A stretch of 64,000 nt of DNA from Diadema antillarum (taxonomy: Eukaryota), in the NCBI RefSeq assembly GCF_040938485.1, contig NW_027270906.1, positions 1-64,000 on the forward strand, written 5' to 3'. How positions within the stretch are numbered: position 1 is the first letter of the stretch; each line of letters starts with the position of its first letter. Made by a program: the position numbers and the translations under genes. The notes beneath the pieces were generated by a model. That model saw nothing but the letters and a program-made list of their open reading frames with translations, was not told the origin of the DNA and searched no databases. Positions 36,601 through 49,100 of the stretch are shown one piece after another.

Positions 36601-39600
36601 AATGTTACGTTTAGACTCAACATTTTGTTATGTGTATGTGCTTATTGTCATCATCAAGTATTTCTTTACTGAAATAAACTGAAAGACTCCAAATATCAAG
36701 GCTGACAACAAGCTATTTTTTTCAGTGGTAGTCACAGATGATTTTGTTTAGATAATTGATCATATATTTTGGGGGATATGAGGTGTTCTTTCATTCATTT
36801 ACAAATCTCTAATCATCTGTCTATACTAAAAGTGAATATCGGTATATATTCTTTCTTCCTGGAAGATTGTAGGTTGTCAGTTCCGCAGATTGCCAGAGGG
36901 ATCCACACCGCGCTTCACTGACTGGTGTAACAGACTGCAACCTGAACAACTCTACACACAGGTAAGTAAGGGTAAACAAAGTGGAGTCCTTAGCTTGGCT
37001 GTGGCTGGCATCAAGGGTCTCTGATTGATAGTAGACATCCTCATTGTAGATTCTTTAGCGATGGTGTGATGATGCTGTTGTTGTTGTTGTTGATGCTGAT
37101 GCTGATGAAGATGATGGCTGTGTTGGTGGTGGTATTGATGATGATAATGAAGTTTGATAATGAATTATACATGCTTATGTTTCAGCAATCTGAAACATTT
37201 CCCGACTACCCCAAATCTTTAAATGGAATGAAGAAATTAAGTGCATGATTGTAGTTGTATATTACAGAAAATTATCATCAAACAAATAGAACTTACAAGA
37301 AGATTAATGATTGACAGATGTGGATTAAAAAAGTTTGTTCCAGAGTAAAGAAAGAAACACATAGTGAAAGAAAATAAAAATTTGGTGTCACTGTGGAGTT
37401 GTGATGGAAGGCTAAAGCAGGGTGAAATGCACTTGGGATTGCAAAGGAATTTGGATGAAGAAGGTGTAGATTTGTGCTTGAACTTGACTAGTTTATGGTT
37501 GTGTAAGTGTGAATAGATTGGCATACAGCATTCAATGACAAGAAACATTTTTTTTTAATTTGTGTGTTTTTTTCTGATGAACATGATTTTATTGATCCTG
37601 TTCCATTTGGTTGATGCATTTGTTTAGTTTTGTTTTTCACTTGTGTTTTGTTTCAGATATACACATCACATGGTCCAGCTGTAGCCATGCCAACTTGGTT
37701 CTGTTCAAGACAAGTTTATGTGAAAGTTGGAAAGTTTGATGAAGGTGGAAAAGTAAGTAATACGCCTGTTTGAAAGGGATATTCTGGGCTGTGTAGTCTC
37801 ACCTGTCTATGAATTTTAGAAGGTATGAATGTCTTTTGTCCTGAGTAGGGCTACTTACGTTAAGTGCGATTTAAGATTAGTGTTGCATTTTGGGGGCACT
37901 TGGATGCTAATGTATCTCCATTGTGTAAGATTTGAATCAGAACACCAAAATAACATTTGGTTTTATGCATATTCATATTAAGCTAGCTACAACTTCTGTA
38001 TAGTTTGTGTAAGAAGTAAAATATATTTGATTCCATATGTATACACAATCTTTGTTGTTGTTTTGCTCATATATATATGTGTAACATATGTTAGAAAAGA
38101 ATTATCTATAGCTTGCAATGTGGAGCATAATCTTTGCTTGTTTGTGGTGGATATGAAAATAGAGAGATAGAGCATTCTCATCATTGTTATGTGAAAAGCT
38201 CTTTCTTTCGTTATTTGATTCATCGTAATCTCCATCTCTGTTCCTTTCATTATTTCTTCCTTCATTTTCCCTTCTCAGTTTTTCCATTGCTCCTTCCCTC
38301 GCTCACTATCTTTGCTCACCTTTGATAAATATAATGTGCCTACCAATGGTACTCCCCTGCGCAGGGTGTCCCAGAAGACTTGATATTCTTCATGGCTCAC
38401 CTACGGGGAGGAGGAGAGCTCTTCCGAGTGGACACCTGTCTGATGACTTACAGATACCATCCCACCGCTGCCACCCATTCAGTCCACAGGTTAGGGTCAA
38501 AGGTCATCTGTAATTACTATGAATGTCATTTGCCAAATACACCATGTATGACCTAAATGCAGTTACAAATAAACATTACTGCATTTTATGAAATTCACAC
38601 TGAGTTCAAGAGACTTGAAAATTTAAGTCTTGAAAGTACTTTGATACAAGAAATCAGATTCATGTGCTATACAGAAGATGAGCATTAAGTCTCATCTTGT
38701 TACAGGGTGTACATGTCCTTGATATAAATGTTTTCTTTCAGTTTGTTTTACTAGTTTAATTTGAGCTTGTACATAGTTTTGGAATATGAGCATTTGTTTT
38801 CGTGAGTCAGGGTAGCACAGTAAATCAATAATATATGATTTAAAGATTTTTCAATCTTTCCTTACCCATTTAGATGATTAGATTTAGATTGATTTATTGA
38901 TAGATGATATAGATTTTAATGGTTAGATGATTAAGTTTTATTTCTTTTTTCTGTTTTGTTTTAGAGACACCATCTGGGCTATTCAGGTGTCATCACTGGA
39001 AGAGACCGTTCTCAGTGGCTGGAGTCAGTTCACCATCTGGAATGCAGGGAAGCAAGGGAGACGGTTTTATCGGTCCCTCAGACCGGAGAATAGGGCAAAG
39101 GTTAGACTTTACTATGCTCTGTCTCTTTATGCATTCTGTAGAATATTTCTATATATCTTTCTCCCTCTATCTCTTTTCCATCTGTCTTCATCTATTTCCA
39201 TCTCTCTGTTCCATTTATTTATTTCTTTTATCATGAATGTTGTTTTAGTGAACCCCAGTTTTGAATATCCAGGACATCCTCAAAGATAATATTTGCGGTT
39301 TTGTACGGTGTAATGCTGTGTTAATTTTTGTGAGTTTATATCTACCCTAATGGACTAACTCAGTATGTAACAGATATGTATATGTGTGACTGTGTGTGTG
39401 TGTGTGTGTGTTTTCATGAACTAGTGTGCAGATTACTCAATGATCTTGAGCAGTGTTTGTGAGATGTCAGAGATATCAAGTAGATAATTAATCTCAGTAT
39501 TTGCTAAATAATAATCCAACATCTCATGTCTATGTGCCTGTCTTCTCATCATTTCTGCATCGTCCTTCTTGCAGGTAAAGTCTTTTTGCGATGTGGATGA

Positions 39601-40981
39601 GAAGAAGATTCAGAAAGGTGTCTATATCTATGAAGAAAGTGAGGTATGCGAAACAGGATTGTACAAGTTATGATTATGCATATTTCCTTCAAGTTCATTG
39701 TGTTTTATAAGTATTTCACATTCATCATGAATAGAATAAGATAAAAGTTGTAAAATATGTTTTATGTAGATCTCTGCATGTATGATTGCATCTATGCCTT
39801 TCCATATTAGCACACTCCACAACAGTAAATAGAGGGATGATTGAATGCATAATTTTTTTTCACTGTCACTTTTTCTGAAAAGCAAATACCCAAGCCAAGG
39901 ATTCCAATAGTTCACTTCACAAAAGCGACACCGCCCTTCATCATCTGTGTCAAACAGGTCAGTATACATCCACAGGGTATAGAGTGATACAGAGATCATC
40001 TTGTTACCATGGAGAGATTTCACTTGGTTGATGTGAATCTATCTGAAAGAAGTCAGAGTCATCTCACTGTCCTGTATCAGAATGGTTCACAACTTGAAAT
40101 TTGAGCATGTTGCAAGCTCAGAATCTGAGAATATTGCAGAAATTGTATGTGCGCAGAGCGCACATCGCGAGCACATAGTACACAATATTTTGCAGCTTAT
40201 CTCTCTTTTTCCTGCTTACATTCAATGTTCTCCCTCATATTTTTCACACAAATATCTCTGTACCAGGTTTCTTCTGTTTTTCACGTTTTTCATGTGTGAA
40301 TACATTTTATTTTGAGCTTGTTGCAAATTCTTGAGGATGTTGCACAACATGTTGCTGGAATTTGAGCATGTTGCATAAGAATTTGAGCATGTTGCAGCAA
40401 CATGCTGAAACCCTTTGTGGACCACCTTGCTGTAACATTGCTCTGTGTCTCCATTCTTTTTCTCCATCTCTCCTTAGCGTATTGCTCGCCTCTCTTTCTC
40501 GAAACAAACAACTTCAACCTGACAACCCCTATTCATTTACTACATTACGCTCCACAATAAAGCCTTGACCATAGTAATATACATATGTCAGTGTACATCT
40601 TTTGTTGCCTTTCTGTGATTTGATAGGCAAACAAAAGCACAGTATAAGGTATACAGAATTAAATCGCCTTCAGTGACATTGTGAGAAGAGTTCACTTAAT
40701 TTTCCTGTGTGGTGTGAATTCTATAGAACAGGTTACTAGTACTTGAATTTGAATTACTCTAATGGCTTAGTGCAGAAGATAACCTTTTTTGTTTTGTTTC
40801 CACAGATCATGCATTTTATTAATTTATTTATATATTTATTATTTATTCATTTATTTATTAATTAATTTATTTATTTATTTGTTTGTTTGTTTGTTTACAG
40901 GATCTGACAGGTGGTAGCTTTGAGGAAAACTTGTCATCATTAAATCTTAAGGAGGGAAGTGATTATTTCTTCTGCAGCTGA
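33681..40981 (+). CDS. B3GNTL1: B3GNTL1 / QTGAL (GT2-family queuosine-tRNA galactosyltransferase), 5'-incomplete; exons 33681-33797, 34134-34230, 35035-35099, 35901-35966, 36866-36961, 37657-37752, 38365-38489, 38965-39100, 39575-39643, 39883-39957, 40901-40981
   Basis: Eleven phase-consistent GT-AG exons, 1023 nt, ending in TGA. Diagnostic segments: [31 protein letters not shown] (DxD), [74 protein letters not shown]. Confidence 0.95.
36037..36475. mobile_element. hAT-like MITE with ggtggccc/gggccacc subterminal repeats
   Basis: TIR (t/c)a(t/g)ggctcgacactaac; flanking cctaatg(t) duplicated on both sides (7-8 bp TSD). Confidence 0.75.
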
Positions 40982-42955
40982 TGAAGGCTTATCTCACAGG
41001 AGGCGAGCATTACTTATGTCAACTACAATTTATTTGTAGTTATTTTGTCAATCAGTGGCAATACTATTTATTCATATGTAGATCCATATATGTTGCTGCA
41101 GTCTTGATGTGAATGTTCTCCCAACCTCCAAAAAGGGATTAAATAGGGAAGGAGAATAAAAAAATACACTGTACATTGTTTTAGTTTCTGTTTTATGTAT
41201 TTCACCTGTTGTTTCTTTCAAGAGATGCACATTAGAGTTTGTAATTTTAAAATTTGTCAAAATTGCATTTGATTATAAACAAAAACAAATGAAAAAATAG
41301 ACATGACTGCAATGTGTATGTTTTGCTGATGTCACTATTAAATTTTTACCCAATGAAAGACTTAGGACTTATCCCCTATTGTGAAATGAACACTTATTAT
41401 GCAAAAACAAATGAAAAGGTGAAAGATTTGTTATCATCTCACTTTGTCTCCACCTTCCTGCAAAAGAGTGAAACATAGAACTTGAGTGGAATGGGTTCAC
41501 TTGTAAGTATATATGTAGAAGTCTGCAAAACAAGCAAAGTAAATAACAGATGCTCTCTGTGGAACATAAGCTGCCATACAATAGCTTATGGCTGCTTTGA
41601 ACTGAACTCATTGCTTGTAAGTGTATCATTCAATAATTACCTGTTCAATTGTCCTTTTCAAGTCATTTCACAAGTTTGTCATTTTTTGTGAAATAATATT
41701 GCCCTCTAGAATTGTAGCAGAAAAAGCATGTACTGACTGATTGTGAGACCCAACATACAGTATTTCTGACACAGCTCACAATTTGCATAGTCAGTTAGCA
41801 TGCACACATGAAATTCACAAGTGACAAATCAGACACAAACTAGGGAGTGATGTGACTTTCCAATCTTTACTCATATCTTCACCAATTTACAAATATGAGC
41901 ATTTATTACATTGTATTACTCTGAGTTAGCTATTGTGATTTTTTTGAAAGTATATACATCATTTATTGCACAATAACCCGGGGAGGTGATTTCACCTCTT
42001 AGTCACAGACCGTAATGTGAATAAGTTACACATGGAAAATAAACAAATTGCTATGACATAAGCAAATGTTTATCAGCTGTTTATCTTTCTTGTTGTTGTG
42101 CTCATTTAAATTGGTATCAATTTGCTGACACTGTATCTGTACATACTAATGGTCGGTGTCATCTTGGGGTTGATTTATATTCATAGAGTTGCACCCAAGT
42201 TGGATTAAGTATTCCAGAAGGTGAACACAAAGTCTGTATTACAGAAGAGGGACAGGGAGATGGTAGCTGGAGGAGGGGGGGGGGGGGGGGGGGGTTGTCA
42301 AGTGGTCCAAAGGGTCGAGATGATCAGAAGAGGAATGTGGAAACTTGAACTGTATGTCAGCATCACTTTCTCCTTCCTTTGAATGCAAAGAATACATGAC
42401 TGTAGGTACAGAATATTCTGCCACCCTGTGAGTACTTTGGTGGGGACGAAAGACACATCATTGTCATCTTCCTGTGGAAGTGTGTCATTGATGATAAAAT
42501 ATTGTTTAGTCCTTCACCTTTGAAATCCATTTCTCATGCGCGAAAAGAGGGATGGAATGCACCAACACTTTCAGGTTGCTTAGCTCATGCCAGTACGAAA
42601 CAGCAATACACAGTAGAATTTCTGATTTTTACTGTTTCACTGGGTGCACTGGTCAAGGCAGTTTGCTTTCCACCACAGCAAAGGTCATCTACTTCCTAGC
42701 CTATGTTGTCTATCGAATCTATTAAAGTCTGCTGCAAGCTGCTTGCAACTTTGTGTAGAGTGCATGCCACCTCAGACATGTACCTTTCCAGAGACATGCC
42801 CACTTTAGGTGTTAGTACTTCAGTATGTGTTTACATACCACAATATTTTCAACAAGGTGTGAGGAAAGAGCAGACGTATCTGAACAAGTGGTCAGAACAA
42901 TGAAATCTTTGAAGGCTTCTGTGGCGGTAGAACGTTTGGTGGTAGAAGGCTTAAC

Positions 42956-43074
42956 GGTGCACCAGGTATTCTTTCTTGGGTATGTAAGAGCCTACCCACT
43001 CTGGTGGCTATGAAAAGGGGTAGGGCCCCTTTTTAGAGCCACATACATACCCAAGAAAGAACACTTGGTTCACC
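42956..43074. repeat. ~120-bp imperfect hairpin (small MITE-like element)
   Basis: ccaggtattctttcttgggtatgta pairs with tacatacccaagaaagaacacttgg; inner gtggctatgaaaagggg pairs with cccctttttagagccac. Confidence 0.7.
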
Positions 43075-44116
43075 CAATGGTCAGAACAAGCAAAAAGTTT
43101 AGAAGAGGAATGCTGAAGTTTTGAGGAGAGAGAGAGAGAACGAGAGAAAGAGAAGAGGTAATCTTGTGTGGTTTATGGCAAAGTGAAGTAGGTTGTTAAT
43201 CAATATTTCATGGAAATTAATTTATGGCGTTGATCGCAGCTTACAGACAATAACTTAACGGTGCAAAGGATATTGTGATTCGAAACATTCTACCAAAAGT
43301 AGTCCCATGTTGGACAACCTCCTTGGGATAAACTGAAACAGGAGACATACCGTGGCGAGAGATTGTGACATGTGCCATCATTCATAGTTCAAACAATTTT
43401 TTACACTGATCAATTAATCTGATATCCGTCTACATCACTGTGTCTCAAGAAGCGAGAATATTCATACTATCCCTGGTTTGGCATCAAACGAATGCTACCA
43501 CTTACAGGAGGAGTAGGACGTTTAAACAGTAAAAGAACCAACAACGTCCCTATGTCTAATAGAGTTATACGATATCATGAGAAAAGGCATTAATATTTAA
43601 GAGTATGTTTCTTTTTATTCAAGGTCAGCCTTTATAAGTCACTTACTTTGCAGTCAGAATACTTTGAGTTCAAGATGTGACATCTTCATTAAAATAGAGA
43701 CTCTTGCATGAACACAATTTCCACATTTAAATATTCCCATACGAGTGACTTCGATCATTCCAGCAGTGCGTCTATTGATCCACTTGATATTTTCTTATGT
43801 TCCGTACATCAGCCCACTTATCTAAGACGGCATTACGTTTTTGACTGAACTTGCTTTATTTTACTTTCCTTGTTTTCAGCACCAGAGCTCTAATAACACA
43901 AAGTAGCTTACATTTGCAAGTCTTTTTATGTTTGCGTTCATGAGATGAATTCTTACTGTATCTTGATATTCTTACAACCGTTCTTACTCGCTTGATCTCT
44001 TTGGCATAGCACAGAGGAAAACAGAATTTTCATTTATACTGTACAGTCAAACCTCAGTTATCCAGCCTAATTGTCGGGACCGGCGGCCATCCGAATAAGC
44101 GGTATGGCTGGATAAG

Positions 44117-44465
44117 GTTGTTGTTCATTTTCCATCTGTGAAGATGGTTGGATAGCCCATATTCAGCTACACTAAGCTGGTCTTCCATGGGGTCCAGTTG
44201 GATGTGGGGTGGGACCACTTCACCGGGTTAGACACTCTGGTCTTTGCGATGAATGAATGAAGCGGGATCTTTTACGTGCATGAGCTGTGACTCTCTCATA
44301 CACGGGACCTCCATTTTATGTCCTATCCGAGGGACAGAGTGCTTTGCCTCTTGCTAGAGGGGACGGTATGTTTACACACAACATTGCTCAGTCCAGACTC
44401 GGGTTCGAACCCGGGCCGCGTGATCGTGAGGCAGACGCGCTACCGACTGAGCCAACTCACCGCCC
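44117..44465 (-). mobile_element. tRNA-derived SINE, apparently full length
   Basis: Minus-strand head gggcggtgagtTGGCTCAGTCGGtagcgcgtctgcctcacg...GGTTCGAACCC (Pol III A and B boxes), followed by a non-tRNA body and a (caa)n tail. Confidence 0.8.
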
Positions 44466-44659
44466 TATGTAGGTTATAAGCAGTATGGCCGGATAAGCGA
44501 GATATGCTGTGCTGGTGTATACAGAAGCCATTGTCAATTCACTATCCAGTGATTATCGATATGATATTAGTTGTGCATGTTAAGTTCCATGATTGCACAT
44601 AAATGACTCCGAAGACACAAACACGTAAGCGGGTACTGTATCTCATTGTTTAGAAGATC

Positions 44660-45020
44660 TGGTGGCGACTCGGGTCTCGCTAGTCGCGGAGACGTCTCCG
44701 CGACGTCTCCTGGAGACCGACCGGGTCTCCAGGGAGACGGAGAGATGTTTTCACTCTCTAGCTGGTCGCGGAGACTTTTTGCGAAGTCTCCGCAACGTCT
44801 CCTTGATTGCGCCACGCCGCGGAGACATGTTTGACCGCGACGTCTCCGAGACGTCTCCGCAGTCTTGCGGAGACCCATGGAGACTTATCAGAGACGATGT
44901 GGAAACGTTACGGAGAGGTCTCCACACCTGAGAAGTCGAGAAGACGTCTCGGAGAGTCTCGGCAACGTTGCCGCGACTTCGCGTCTCCGGAGTCGATTAG
45001 CACAAGTCTCCGCGACTGAT
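44660..45020. mobile_element. GAGACG/CGTCTC-rich repeat element, copy 1
   Basis: Dense gagacgtctc palindromic motifs; the start tggtggcgactcgggtctcgct resembles the reverse complement of the end of the copy at ~52320-52687. Confidence 0.6.
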
Positions 45021-45729
45021 GAGTCGTGTCCTCCAGTTACCTAGGCCCTTTAGTGTCAATGTCTTTTGAGTTTACAGAGAGATAATCAAAGCTTGGATCA
45101 TCCAAGGTTAGATGTTTCACCCCCTCCCCCATCTCCCATCTGAGAAATGTGCACTGTAACGGAGTGATCGACATCCATTACATGTATGTCCCGACTTTCA
45201 AAGAGTACAGGGGAACCTTGTTATAATGTGGACCTAAAACCATCCTTACAATTACTTTGTTATATCAAGTTTCTCACTATATCAGCGTACAAAGACGAAG
45301 AAATATAAAAGAGTTGGGACGTGCCAAACCACCTTCGTTACTTGAGGGTTTTGTTACATGACATCCGTCCTTTTTATAATGAGGGCCCCTTGTATACCAG
45401 GTAATCAGATACGCATGAAAATGCGAATCGTGAGCCAGCGCCTTGTCCGGATAATAGAGAGTCACGGAAAAGTGTTGAGTGGGTAACTGAGGTCGGACTG
45501 TACAGTAGATTTAGTTTGCTATAATACTTGTCCACATATACATTTACTCTCTGACATACCGGTACACACGTGGTATCTATAAATACATCGCCTGTCCCCT
45601 TAATAAGGGGAAAGATATTTGTGCATAAATAAAATAAATAAAGACATTGCGTATAATCTATAACTTTTTAAAACACTTCTTACAAACAGGTCCAGTGAAA
45701 TTAGAATCATCGTGACGAAAATACTTCTG

Positions 45730-45883
45730 GGGTGTTTCATCAACGTTTGTCAGCGCTGACAACTGTCAGCGCTGACAATTTCAGCAAAATCCTTGGTTTT
45801 GATTGGCTGAGATGCTCTGGTCACTGACTGTTACTATGGTGATTCAAGTTGTCAGCGCTGACAAACGTTGATGAAACACCCCC
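45730..45883. mobile_element. Harbinger-like MITE (ggggtgtttcatcaacgtttgtcagcgctgaca TIR), copy 1
   Basis: ~33-bp TIRs, flanking ctg; a near-identical copy lies at ~62250-62406. Confidence 0.75.
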
Positions 45884-45986
45884 CTGGACCCAACATTCCA
45901 CATTGGCTTCATTACAACTGATAAGACATTTGATGAAATATGTTATACTTGTTTTCCGTATCCAAATTCATGCCGCAACTGTATTA

Positions 45987-46139
45987 GCCTTTTGCCAAGG
46001 CTCTCTCGTTATATGATGGTGAGCGAATGGGGGCGAACGAAGTGAGCGAAGCTGAGTTGGACACTGTCGCGCTCAGCCGGTGCTCCTTCGCTCGCCTATT
46101 ATGACCGTCATACAGCGAGAGGGCCTTGACAAAAGGCTA
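45987..46139. mobile_element. MITE with tagccttttg(c/t)caaggc TIRs, just downstream of the SLC29A4 stop; related copy at ~51880-52008
   Basis: tagccttttgccaaggctctctcg ... cgagagggccttgacaaaaggcta. Confidence 0.7.
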
Positions 46140-46177
46140 CTACTGTATAGGCCTACTGTACTATAGAGGACCAAGTA

Positions 46178-49100
46178 TTAGGTCATAGACACAAGGTTCC
46201 CGCTTGGTGATGGAGGGGTAGTACTTCCGGACAAGTAGCATAATTTTCCCAGCTGGGACGGACCGATGATAAACTTTAGAAGATATGCAGTGATTGCACC
46301 CAGCGTCAGGCCAGTGTTGTAGGACACGGTCATGACATTTCCTGTAGAAGAAGATGAAAATGAGTCAGCCCTTGATTAGCCTCTTGCCGAAGACCCTATG
46401 GTGCTGTTGGAATCCGTAGAGTCCAGAGAAATGGCTCGCTTCGCTCACCAGAATTTTCGCCTCGATATCGACTCTTAGACGGATTCCAACTGCGCCATGC
46501 AGGGCCGACGACGAGAAGCTATACTTAACTTTTGGTAGACGCTACGCGCATTTTCATTTTTAGTACCTTTGGTGATACGTTTACAGATCGTTTACCATTT
46601 TAACGGGTCACGAACTTGGTTCATTACAATCTTTTAGAACATGATTGTATGGGGTCGTACAGTGTACCGCTCTTTCTCCGAGGATATTTGCAGGAAGAAA
46701 CGCGGACCCCTGACTTGCGACAAGCATATTCCTGTGCATTTTGTACTAAAAGATCTGATGATAGCTTTCCCTTTTTGCACCATGACTCATGCATACATTT
46801 ACTACCAACTATTTAAAGAGCATGCGTTGTCACACTAGAAATACAAAAGTCAGAAAAAAAAAAACACTATACATGTAGCGAGAAAGGCACACTCTTATCC
46901 ATGCCTGATAGGGTTGTCGTGAACATGCGCAAACTGTCGAAATCATATATGACAGCTAACTGAGATATGTTGTTTTCAATAATGTTCAAGGAATCATAAA
47001 TTGGCTTATTTTCTTTGCCATTTTTTGCTCAGCACACGCTAAATTTCAGATTAAAATTACCTGCTAATTCTTTGTGCTCTTCCGGAACTTTGCCCGGTGC
47101 CAGGATCATGGGCACGCTGCCGAAGTAGCCGTTGGAAATCCCGAGGAGGGCGGAGAAGAGTACGGGCCAGAAGGGATGGGCGAGTGCAGGGTGGGCTCGT
47201 GGTGCCACACAGATTACAACGAGTGGGACGATGATGAATCTGGCACAGCTGGCCAGTACTAGACGACCGGGTGGCCAGTCGTATGGCACCGCTGCGATGA
47301 GCTGTACAGGTTGTCGGCAAAACAAATGAAAAGGGGGAGGAGGGGGGGGGGGGGGGGGAGGTGCAGTGAATTTTCAGATCATTACATTCTGCAGGCCTAT
47401 TCATGACATATTTTCCACCTGGGCTTAGTAGGAAACGTCACGTGTAGGCCTTTATAATTATGTACTGATAAAATTATGTTCAATCAATTAGTTTATTCCA
47501 GACACTGATGAAATTCAGTTTTAATAAAATGATATATATATTTTTCATTATTCTATGAAGCCTTAGTATTTCCCACGAGGTAGGTCCTAGAGCCCTAGGA
47601 TAAACATTAGGACCTCTTTGACGATTCCATGGAGAATCAAGAATTAAGTATAGAAGATATCATTCCTTTGCACATTATCGTCATAATTTTCAAAACCATC
47701 AAACTAAGGAAACGTTGAAAAATGTATTAATGTTGTCCAGCACGAATTAAGTTTATTTGATGATAGCATAAATTTCCAAAAATCCGCAATGTATAAAAAG
47801 CGAAAGTTTTAAACGCTAGATGTTGTGACGACATTACAATAGTAACTCAGATAATGACGTAACATTTGGTAGAACTTTTCTCAAAAAATGTTCTCGCCTT
47901 AGACAACTCATGCAAGAATTATTGGTGTGGGATTTATATACCATGAACAAATTCATTTAAATCTAAGGGACTTTGTCATCCACTGGGTCTCCTCCGCGAC
48001 ATGCATCACTCTTCAGAAAGACCATTAATTCCGATAACCCTTTTACTGATTTTGTCGCTTGAAATGGTGGAGATGAAGGCGCGATTTTTACGCACCTTGC
48101 CGCAGAGATCCGTAAAGTTGAATATTGCCATGAGAATAATGGGCATCCATTCATGAAGCTTGCAGTTGGCCACCTCAGACTCGATGCCGGGAAACAGACA
48201 AAGGGTGATGTAATACGTCACACCAATAGACAGCATGTATGGCCAGATGTCACGTGACAGCCTCCACCTGTCCCGAAACCCACCTAGGTAAAGATTGATG
48301 GAAAGTAACGCCTTTAAGACCACAAGTAGTCACTGCTTATGCACTTGTCTTTGTGTTGATTTGATCTGTTACAATGTAAACCAAACGTTTTCAGGCGCAC
48401 CATGAAGGAAGAATGATTTGATTTATGAATTTAAACTACATGCAGTCTCAACCGGATCACAGTACACTTTTACAGATGAGAACCTGAGTATGTTCGCATG
48501 GTTTCCTGGACGACACTGACCACATAGGCCTACCATGTTTAATCTAATTCCAAAAATCAATGTAAAACGTGTAAAGTGGAGTGTTGTTGCGCTCTCTCAT
48601 TGGCCCCCGATTACGTAGGCCGATTTGGGTTACTAGTAAGGTTGAAATCTATATTACTCCTCTTTCATTAACCGATAATAATGATGATGATAAAAATGAT
48701 AATGATACTAATGATAATGATAATTTGATACATGAAAACGGCCGGTTGCAACTATATTCAGCCAGGAAGAGGTACAGATGCTACAATATAGGCGTAGCAG
48801 CTGGTATTTGAGGAGGATTATAACAAGTAACAGTACGGCGACTGTACGATTTGTGATGCGTTATGAGCACGTTTGTTTATCTTTGTTTCACTTCCACGGA
48901 AGTTTTTGAGAGAAGTCATGACGAAAACTTACAAATTCCTCTATTCTAGCGTGAAATTCACTCATGGTGGTTTGATGTAATGCCTTTTCTTGCTGAACGA
49001 TCTCTACTAATGCATCTAATTCCTTCCACACTTTCTCTTTTTCGATGACAAGATTGGGTTTCAAATCGATTCACATTAGCCGCGGCTTACCAGCTATTGA

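Larger units (their letters stand above)
44044..45500. mobile_element. Tc1/mariner-pogo (Tigger)-like non-autonomous element hosting two nested insertions
   Basis: ta|cagtcaaacctcagttatcc ... gggtaactgaggtcggactg|ta: imperfect 20-bp TIRs with TA TSD. Confidence 0.65.

Noticed and set aside
44390-44465. tRNA gene on the minus strand
   Set aside because: A and B boxes are present but no acceptor stem closes; the head runs into a SINE body and (caa)n tail.
48262-48283. Alternative acceptor (gggacag|g) that would rescue SLC29A4 exon 4 without a frameshift
   Set aside because: It has no polypyrimidine tract and would delete the WRSIAGGFRDR segment that aligns with ENT4; the upstream cctag acceptor is much stronger. 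Not formally excluded without cDNA.
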